From: Bigelowiella natans CCMP2755
Taxonomy: Eukaryota; Protista; Cercozoa
Direction of reading: 5' to 3'
Assembly (NCBI GenBank): GCA_000320545.1
Contig: ADNK01001470.1
Coordinates: forward strand, 1-34,233
Length of the DNA: 34,233 nt
Shown here: piece after piece, positions 26,199 through 34,233 of the stretch
Layout: each line of letters starts with the position of its first letter
Numbering within the stretch: the first letter of the stretch is position 1
The notes under the pieces: model-generated
Told to the model about the DNA's origin: nothing
The model's input: the letters and a program-made list of their open reading frames with translations, nothing else
Databases searched by the model: none
Program-made: the position numbers and the translations under genes

Positions 26199-26485
26199 TC
26201 ACATTAAAGTGCACATCGAAAAACTGTCCTCTACCGGCTTCCTAAAGTTGAAGTAGTGTATTGCTTTGCCATTGAAGAATGGATCCTCAAATTTCTTCCA
26301 GGTCTCAGAGTCGCGGAACTCTTCATCCGTGAGACAAGCTCCTTTAAGCTGTGCAATCATTAGCTTTGGATCTAGATCAACACCGATGAGGACAAATTCT
26401 GAGCATCTATCACCGTACGTGGCGTCCCATCTGACGGGGGGGATAGAGTATGATTAGGGGCAAAATCATAACAGCTGAGGAAGTT

Positions 26486-26522
<37 letters not shown>

Positions 26523-28501
26523 TAGCAGTAGTATACATATTTTCTTTCAAGGTTACCTTCCCTGCTTCTTAATTCTCTCGACAATCAATTTCTCGACATC
26601 GCCCAAATGCTGTTCGCCGATTGCATGTAGGAACGGATCGAGGCTAGGCTGGAGCGAGACCTGTTTCCCCACACTGTGAAACTCCATAGGAATATCCTTT
26701 GCATTGGCCAGCCATATTTGGCCCTTGCTCCGAAGCACGCCTCGGAATAGCCGTGTATTTTTCTGCTCGCCTTTTGAGTTTCGAGACGTATTCTTCCCGA
26801 ATTCATCTGAATTCACCTCCCCAAACTGCTCGACGATGCTCAGCAGCCTGCCTGGATGGAAGGGCCTTTGGCTGCGGAAAACGAAGGATGATACCCCGTA
26901 TTCATCTGACTCCGGTATATGTGCTGGCTTCTTCAGCTCTTGGATCCATCCCGCAGAGGTTTTTGCCTGTATTGATTGAAATAATAAGCCGTTAATGGTG
27001 GTCGAAGAAGCCCGCCCATGGTGATTGACTAAGTAGCAATGGCAGATTGCAGCAACTGCATTGATGGTAAGCGACATACAGATAAATATCGAGAGGCTGA
27101 ACCGATATTCTCTGTGCAGCTGTCTCGATTCTAATATCTGATATCAAGGAACACATCGCCTGGTGTGATTCCAGTGTGCAATAACCACTAGCACTCCTCT
27201 CCCTCCTCCTCCTCCTCCTCCTCCTCTTCCTATCACTATTGTAGTATGATTCATCCCACCTGCTCCATGTCAAACAACTTGGTGTCCAGGATTCGATCGA
27301 GTGCAATGCCAGATTTAGTCGTTTGGTATACCTGTGCGCGAGGATCGACCATCTCAAAAAACTTGGTCTGCTGTGTGATCCACATGTGGAACGGGGGGGG
27401 GGGGGGGCTCCGATTCGATGCCCCTGTTCTCATGCACACGGACGTTTACAGCTTACCTTCGCCTTTGGATTCAGCTTCTTAACGAGCCGCTCCACCACCT
27501 GCATCTTCTCCGAGTCTACTCCTCCGAGAAGATCGGCCTTGTTGAGCAGGACGACATCAGCGAATTCAATTTGGTCAGCCATTAGGTTGCATATGGTGCG
27601 ATCGTCCTCCTCTGAATTGCCTCCCATTTTACTCTCAGTCAAGGCCACCATCGACTGGAGTGCTGAAAAGATGGTGCTGCTGTCCACCACGGTTACCATT
27701 GTGTCGAGTCGCGCGTAATGCGAAAGCGATTTGAATTCATCGGAGGCTGTTCCTCCTCTCCCCCCCCCCTCCTTCTCTTCATCGAGCCGTGCAGGTTGAC
27801 TGGAAATCTGAGTCTTGACCCCGGGTTGAGACACATGTATCTCAGTCATCTCATCGACATTCAACACGAAGGTCTGAGCGACGGGAAGGGGCTCAGAAAT
27901 GCCCGTGCTCTCAATCACGAGGTAATCGTACCTGAGATGATGATGATAATGATTATGATGACGAGGGTGATAGAGATAGTGATGATTATTATTATTATCC
28001 GATTTTAATTACAACGAGGAAATTTACGCGCTAGTTCGTGCAAAACCTACGTGTTTCGTGCAAATATATAGATGTCTGTGTTTGAGTGTATAAGTACATA
28101 TCCTGCAAAGAGATGCAAAGAGATCAACACGCGACAACGCACTTTTGCTCCAGACTGAGTTCCTTCACCCTTTTGAGGAGATCTCCCCTTAGAGTGCAGC
28201 AGATGCACCCATTCTGCATCTCGACCATTTTTTCTTCCTCTCGGATGAGCTTTGTCCCTGCGACCTCCTTGGCGTCGATGTTGAGAGGCGCCATGTCGTT
28301 TACAATCAGAGCAACCTTCATGTTCTGCTTGTTGTTGAGAATGTTTTTGAGAAGGGTAGTCTTTCCTGCCCCGAGAAACCCAGAGAGGACCGTCACAGGA
28401 AGGAGCTGCCTCTTTGCCATTTCAGCATTGCTGCTTCTAGGGGCTCCTTCCGTGGCAGGAGCCCCACCGCCTGATTCGTCCCGTTCCCGAATCATGCTCA
28501 T
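26199..28501 (-). CDS. COG0523/CobW-family G3E GTPase (zinc metallochaperone, YciC/ZagA-like)
   Basis: LPVTVLSGFLGAGKTTLL, VNDMA..NID, EMQNGCICCTLR.DL, YDYLVIESTGISEP, LDTMVTVVD, DQIEFADVVLLNKAD. CobW_C domain: EYGVSSFVFRSQRPFHPGRL..RSKGQIWLA..WDATYGDRCSEFVLIG. First ATG 28501 (28525 is TTG), stop 26201-26199. Confidence 0.93.
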
Positions 28502-28835
28502 GCCTCGAGTTTCCCCCTTCCTCAATCAGTGCGGTGGGGTCGCAGGAGGCGACGAGGAAGAATGACAGCGGTTGGGCACGCGATCGCAGTCGGAGCAGCG
28601 CGATTGCGAGATCAGCTTCCAGGATTTTTTTTTTTAATTTTGAAAAATGACAAAAATCACAGGGGAATATTTCTGCGCGTCACTGACCGAAGTGTCCTTC
28701 TATCTGTTTTCCCTTGTGTGCCGAGCGACTCTCAGACGGCGGTGGGAACCCGCCAAGGCGCAAAACGAACCTCAACTTTTTTCATGGGCGGCAAGCTGAC
28801 TGAGGGGTGTGTGGAGCAGCCAGTTAGCACATCTA

Positions 28836-29988
28836 ACAAAGCTTTCACGTCCTCCTGTGGAAGCACTTCATCCATTCATTCATTCATCCCTTTGTTCAAT
28901 CTTGATCTCTCTTCGTTCAAAACTGCGACCGTGCCAACCTGCTGCTCGCTGAAGCACGAACGATGAGAGCACAAACAGACGACGCAACTGCACGAAGGGG
29001 ACAGAGTCGAAGAGATTTGTGCATTCTCGAGGAGAACGAAAGAAAGCGTTCAGCACTGAGAACAAACCCAAAAATCTCAAGCGAAGTGTCGAATCGAACT
29101 TGCACGTGCGACAACCGAAGCTCCGCCCCCAACAACAACAACAACAACGCCGTGCAAATCGTGCAAACTGCTGCACCGTGCCCGCATGAAGACACCATGC
29201 AGCGGTGTCATTCGCAATCAAAATTGCAACAGACCATTGACAGCATTGTCAGCAGGCTCGATCAGTGGAAAAACTGTCACTCTGCTGGTCTGCTGAGCAG
29301 CTTGAGCATTGTGAGTGATGTGCATGCACACTTGCCAACTCACGCCACTGTGAGACGGATGCAATCTGACTCTGTTGAGCAGCTAGAGCATGCCGCATGA
29401 TGCACACTTGCGCCACTGCACGTGCACCGCCACACACAGACACATTCTGGACATTCCGGACACCACGCTGGCATGCATCGGGCAGCAGGTGCAGAGCTGG
29501 AGAGCACCACAGATGCGAAGCGTGCGCAATGTCCATCGTGCAATTGGCTAGCTAGGTTGCATCTGTCCGCCACAGTCTCATCACAATCTCATCGGAGGGG
29601 TCACCTGAGGATGCATGTTTCATGCATTCAAAATTGGCATTCGCACACGCACGTCTAGCTAGCACTGCCAGAGGAGATGGTGCATGTCTGTCACGACACC
29701 AGATGTTTCACATCTGCTTCTTCACATGGCATCAGGACAACATGAAGCTTCCGAGATCGCCCACTGTGCCGATGGCGCGCATCCACTCCAGCACGTCTAA
29801 TTTTTCGAGCTCATGGCGACCGCTTCCTCTTTTTCGAGTTGACGGCGACGACTTCTGCCCCCAACCCCCGCTTCAATTCCGTGCTCAAGAAGTGCAAATC
29901 CCTCAAGTCTCTGTTGAACACCTGGATCCGTCGCTCAATGCAATGATGCTTGATGAAGCTTTTGAGCGCATTGTCGCTTGCCAAGTCA
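28836..29988. other. TpA-depleted tract
   Basis: Hand count: no TA in 28836-29383; only 6 TA in about 1150 bp, 5 of them in CTAG. Confidence 0.9.
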
Positions 29989-32059
29989 TAGGGAGTCTTC
30001 CCATTTCTGTGCTTGGCCTCAACGTTTGCCTTCATGTCAACCAGGTACTTCACAATCGCAAAATGACCCTTACGGGAACCCCAAACCAACGGAGTGTTAC
30101 CTAGTATGTTGCATTGAAATCGTTATCAATCATGTAACATGTTCTACAACTGCTGCCTTAATGCTAGTATTGGTACCCACCCCTGTTGTTTTTCGCCTCA
30201 ATGTTTGCCTTCTTGTCAACCAGATACTTTACGATCTCAAAATGACTCATACAGGAACCCGCAATCAACGGAGTATCACCTAATACATTGTATTGAAATC
30301 TTTATCAATTGTGTAACATGTTCTACAACTGCTGTCTTAATGCTAGTATTGGTACCCACCCCTGTTGTTTTTCGCCTCAATGTTTGCCTTCATGTCAACC
30401 AGATACTTTACGATCTCAAAATGACCGTCATAGGAACCCGCAATCAACGAAGTACTACCTAACACATTGTATTGAAATCGTTGTAAATTGTGTAACACAT
30501 TCTACAACTGCTGTCTTAATGCTAGTATTGGTACCCACCGTTTCCGTCTTTCGCCTCAATGTTTGCCTTCATATCAACCAGATACTTTACGATCTCAAAA
30601 TGACCCTCATAGGAACCCGCAATCAACGGAGTCCAACCTTGAAATCGTTATGCATTATGTAACACATTCTACAACTGCTGTCTTAATGCTAGTATTGGTA
30701 GCTACCGTTTTCGTCCTTCGCCTCAATGTTTGCCTTCATGTCAACCAGATACTTTACGATCTCAAAATGACCCTCATAGGAACCCGCAATCAACGGAGTA
30801 TTACCTAATATATTGTATTGAAATCGTTATCAATTGTGTAACATGTTCTACAACTGCTGTCTTAATGCTAGTATTGGTACCCACCATATTCATTTTTCGC
30901 CTCAATATTTGCCTTCATGTCAACCAGGTACTTTACGATCTCCAAATGACCCATACAGGAACCCGCAATCAACGGAGTATCACCTAATACATTGTATTGA
31001 AATCGTTGTAAATTATGTAACATATTCTACAACTACTGTCTTAATGCTAGTATTGGTAGCTACCGTTTTCGTCTTTCGCCTCAATGTTTGCCTTCATATC
31101 AACCAGATACTTCACGATCTCCAAATGACCCTTACGGGAACCCCAAACCAACGGAGTATTACCTAATATATTGCATCGAAATCGTTATGCATTATGTAAC
31201 ATATTCTACAACTGCTGTCTTAATGCTAGCATTGGTAGCTACCGTTTTCGTCTTTCGCCTCAATGTTTGCCTTCATGTCAACCAGATACTTCACGATCTC
31301 CAAATGACCATTAAAGGTACCACAAAACAACGGAGTCCAACCTTGAAATCGTTATCAATTGTGTAACATATTCTACAACTGCTGTCTTAATGCTAGTATT
31401 GGTAGCTACCCTCGTTGTTTTTCGCCTCAATGTTTGCCTTCATGTCAACCAGGTACTTTACGATCTCAAAATGACCCATACAGGAACCCGCGGCCAACGG
31501 AGTATTACCTAACACATAGCATTGAAATCGTTGTAAATCATGTAACACATTCTACAACTGCTGTCTTAATGCTAGTATTGGTACCCACCCTTGTTGTTTT
31601 TCGCCTCAATGTTTGCCTTCATGTCAACCAGGTACTTTACGATCTCCAAATGACCATTAAAGGTGCCACAAAACAACGGAGTCCAACCTAATATGTTGCA
31701 TTGAAATCGTTGTACATTGTGTAACATGTTCTACAACTACTGTCTCAATGCTAGCATTGGTACCCACCATGTTCATTTTTCGCCTTCTGCTGCTACTGCA
31801 ACCACCACTGCAACAACTGCTGCTGCTGCTGCTGCTAACATTGACTACACGTGAACCAAACACCAACACCGCGTGTGCCATGAATTGCTCAAACACTCCA
31901 ACCACTGCCACGACAATGCCAACGCTGCAGCTGCTACCCACCGTGACAACCGCGCTCCTCAACACTTGCGTTTTCCCAAATCAAACGCTTCAGACAGGGA
32001 AGGTCGTTGCTGTGCACTGCTCTGAAGATGTTGCTGGAGGTGCCAGACGACACGTTCAT
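29811..32059 (-). CDS. Ankyrin-repeat protein, about 432 aa, one repeat per exon, with a C-terminal KKRKR NLS-like motif
   Basis: Exon 1 is 32059-31942 (MNVSSGTSSNIFRAVHSNDLPCLKRLIWENASVEERGCH, an N-cap-like repeat with phase-1 donor gtgggtag). Nine 99-nt exons follow: 31687-31589, 31508-31410, 31341-31243, 31162-31064, 30983-30885, 30804-30706, 30637-30539, 30458-30360, 30279-30181. Their consensus is G.TPL..G...GH(F/L)EIVKYLVDMKANIEAK. The terminal exon is 30100-29811. All introns are GT-AG phase 1, and the 1299-nt total is open. Confidence 0.88.
30101..31785 (-). repeat. Tandem exon+intron array, unit 179 bp (99 exon + 80 intron) or 167 bp (68-nt intron), about 9.5 units
   Basis: Near-identical units visible directly. 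Ten introns (eight of 80 nt, two of 68 nt), with homology running on into the terminal exon to about 30010. Confidence 0.97.
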
Positions 32060-32384
32060 GATTGCTCTGCAGGACAGCTCCAGGATGTTTCATTGCCATG
32101 GATTGTTTGGAGTCTGGACTTGTCACTGGCACACTGCCAGAAAGCCAGTTCGCATGGCACTGCATTTCGTGCGCTTTGCACGTGTTTTGCAACGTGCAGT
32201 CCATCATTGAGTTCATTGTTGTTCTCAGCTGCAAAGTCAGTTCAGCAGTGGTGTGTTGCACGCGCCAGTGCGTGCATGCCAGCGTGCACGTGCGTCGTGT
32301 CGCAATGATGCTGGAATGCGTGCGCACGAAGCAGCACGCAACGTGCAAACGCGCAACGATTGTTTGCAGAGACAAGCAGGTGCT
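31937..32384. other. TpA-free tract
   Basis: Hand count: no TA dinucleotide in about 448 bp. Confidence 0.9.
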
Positions 32385-34029
32385 TAGGGAGACGTCTGGC
32401 TGGAAGCTTGCAACCCTTGTAAATTTTAGCAAAGAACCATTTCTCGCCATCTAATCCGGTGAAATTTTCGAGATTCTTCTCTGCATACAGTTGGAATATA
32501 TTGCTTTTAATCCATTCGCTTTGTGGAACTATGGCGTATTTCTCACTGTAAAGAAGTGTTTCATCAGTAGTGGAAGGTTGGACCGAAAATATTCTGCTTG
32601 AAACTTTCAAATCTCCGAAGTGTATGTGTTCCGCAGCTATTCCTGCCCAAGCATTATCCTGATAACCTTTGAAAAGTTCGTATTTGTCCTCCCTAATGAA
32701 TTCCCGCAGCTGTCCACCGGTTCTCTTCATTCTCTCCAAAAACACACTCGGATTCTCTTTTAGCTCGATTGCGATCACCTTGGACTCCTCAATGGCAAAT
32801 GTCGGAACAAAGAATCTCTTCCATGTAACACCTCTGATCTCTTGTTCGAAATTGCACATTTCGCTGTTCGGAGAGGTCAAGTACACCACGAAGGCCTCCA
32901 CTAAATGTACTTTGAAGTACTTGTGACCTCGCCTTGGAGCTGGGTCTATTATCAAATGGGCTGATTTGTCATCAAAAGTTTTCCAAGCTTTAGTTTTCCA
33001 GAACCCTTGATCGTTTACTTCCGCTTCCTGGCACTTGTACTTCCCATCTTCTATCCAAAACAGGTAAATCGTAGCCTCTTGGACAGAGTAAAACGCCACC
33101 TTCTCCCCTTTGATGAAGGCTTCTCGCATGTAAATCTGGGAAAATGCCAGGCTTTTGCCAATTCCGCTTTGTCCTGCGAGTATGCAAATTCTCAAGATTG
33201 CACCGTTAATGTATTCCTTGCGGAGTCGACGAAACTCCTTCAAAACTTGAAGAAAACACCTTCTACCAAATATAAGAATGCCTTCAATCTTCTTGTCCTT
33301 CATGCGCTTTGCTTCTTTCTTCGCAATTACGGTGAAACCAGGGATGAATACCGTGCTCACTGTCAGTAGCACCATGGGCAGGAATTTGGAGATTTTCACA
33401 TCGCCAACCTCTCTCTTTTCTGCTTCAACAAGAGCTTTGGCATACTCTCTTCCGGCAGGGTTTTCTGTCAAAATTATCCCCCCGCTTTCATCAATTTCCA
33501 TGGCTGAACACACAGGCAAAACTATCTCAGCACACCAATTGCTCATCAGATGTTACAAAAATACATTACCGGTTGCATCCTCGAATTTCTTTGACACGTC
33601 CTTCAGTTCTGCCTCCTTCGCCTGGATTTCCTTTTGAGTTTCAGCTATTTGCGCTTCTACTTTCTTTGTTTTCTCATTGAGCTCCTCCTTCGTAAACTTT
33701 TCTTCCGAGTAAAATTGTTCAAATCGCGCAAGTCGGTCATTCAGCTTGTTCTCCTTCTCCCTCAATTTCAAGATTTCCTGCTTTGTAAGTTGGATCTGAT
33801 TTCCCCATACCTCAGAACGCTGAGAACACATCAAAGCTTAAGCTCCCGAACGCAAGCCTCGTAGGATAAGTACCTGTGCTTTCGAACTTCTCCTTCTAGG
33901 GATTCTTTCATCTACCTTCCTTTTCTCGTCAAAAGATCCACTACGCTTCATCGAGTCTGATTTCGAGTCTGGTGTGAAGATCTTCACGGGAGACTGACTC
34001 TCGTTGCGTCGAATCCCCGGAAAGAGCAT
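32056..34029 (-). CDS. Crinkler/RHS-type protein: coiled-coil header + CR-NTPase + probable degenerate restriction-endonuclease-fold domain
   Basis: Exons 34029-33874, 33819-33570 (coiled coil), 33503-32358 and, tentatively, 32228-32056. Motifs: Walker A ILAGQSGIGKS, Walker B HLIID, VYLTSP, RFFVPTFAIEE, TGGQLR, then GLDGEKWF..RRL. This follows the GxPGIGKS/D/SP/PxWxxEE/GGxxR/GxxxE series of Crinkler and trypanosome RHS NTPase-REase proteins. The 3' end is uncertain and may be pseudogenised. Confidence 0.72.
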
Positions 34030-34233
34030 TACATGTACATGTACCGGGAGTATTACCGGTATTGCCCGTTAGTGTCCGTTAGTGTCCGAAGATTAGGGAC
34101 TCCCATTTTCATCCCGGAATGACCAGCAGCGGGGAGAGTCTCCGGTGAAGAACTGACACGTGTGGCTGATATGGCAAAGACATTAAATGTCAAATTCTCG
34201 GGCACACGATGCCTCAAAGCTCCAGCCCAGTGA

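Noticed and set aside
28529-29658. Cluster of 77-145 aa ORFs on both strands
   Set aside because: Expected artefact of TpA loss: TAA and TAG stops vanish. The peptides are His/Cys/Ala/Arg-rich with no domain or splice support.
29978-31691. Repeated plus-strand ORFs (MCNMFYNCC.., ..VFRLNVCLHVNQ..)
   Set aside because: Antisense shadows of the minus-strand ankyrin exons.
30101-31785. CRISPR-like or satellite array
   Set aside because: The units are 99-nt ankyrin exons plus GT-AG introns, with no unique spacers and no cas genes.
31786-32360. Transposon insertion separating the CRN and ankyrin genes
   Set aside because: No terminal repeats or target-site duplication. The interval parses as intron, exon, ankyrin exon 1 and intron once TA conversion is considered.
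28836-32384. CpG-methylation decay or fungal RIP as the cause of the CA/TG-rich tracts
   Set aside because: Those processes deplete CG and raise TA. Here CG is abundant and stable while TA is missing.
34065-34088. Short direct repeat CCGTTAGTGT x2 upstream of the CRN-like gene
   Set aside because: Only two copies; no evidence for a telomeric or element-terminus role within the window.

Overview
Gene-dense nuclear DNA from an intron-rich unicellular eukaryote. It has short GT-AG introns full of microsatellites; the style resembles chlorarachniophytes such as Bigelowiella, but that is inference only. Most ORFs in the supplied track are spurious or single exons, so I rebuilt the genes by hand from splice sites. 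In order: a secreted esterase with a CBM20-like N-terminus (-, runs off the left edge), an FAD-dependent oxidoreductase (+), NDUFA13/GRIM-19 (-), a small hypothetical gene (-), a large possibly Sec6/EXOC3-like gene (+), an ELM2-PHD-ARID chromatin protein (-), steroid 5-alpha-reductase (+), a secreted alpha/beta hydrolase (+), a COG0523/CobW GTPase (-), an ankyrin gene with one repeat per exon (-), and a Crinkler/RHS-type NTPase(-REase) gene (-). Two signals stand out. (1) Patches hundreds of bases long have lost almost every TpA, and the survivors are mostly in CTAG. The tandem ankyrin introns show TA/CA/TG but no CG at the same sites, which points to directional TpA->CpA/TpG (A:T->G:C) hypermutation, the reverse of RIP or CpG decay. 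(2) The ankyrin gene is a mosaic array of 99-nt phase-1 exons that vary mainly at target-binding residues, and it abuts or fuses with the Crinkler-like gene. All counts were made by eye.
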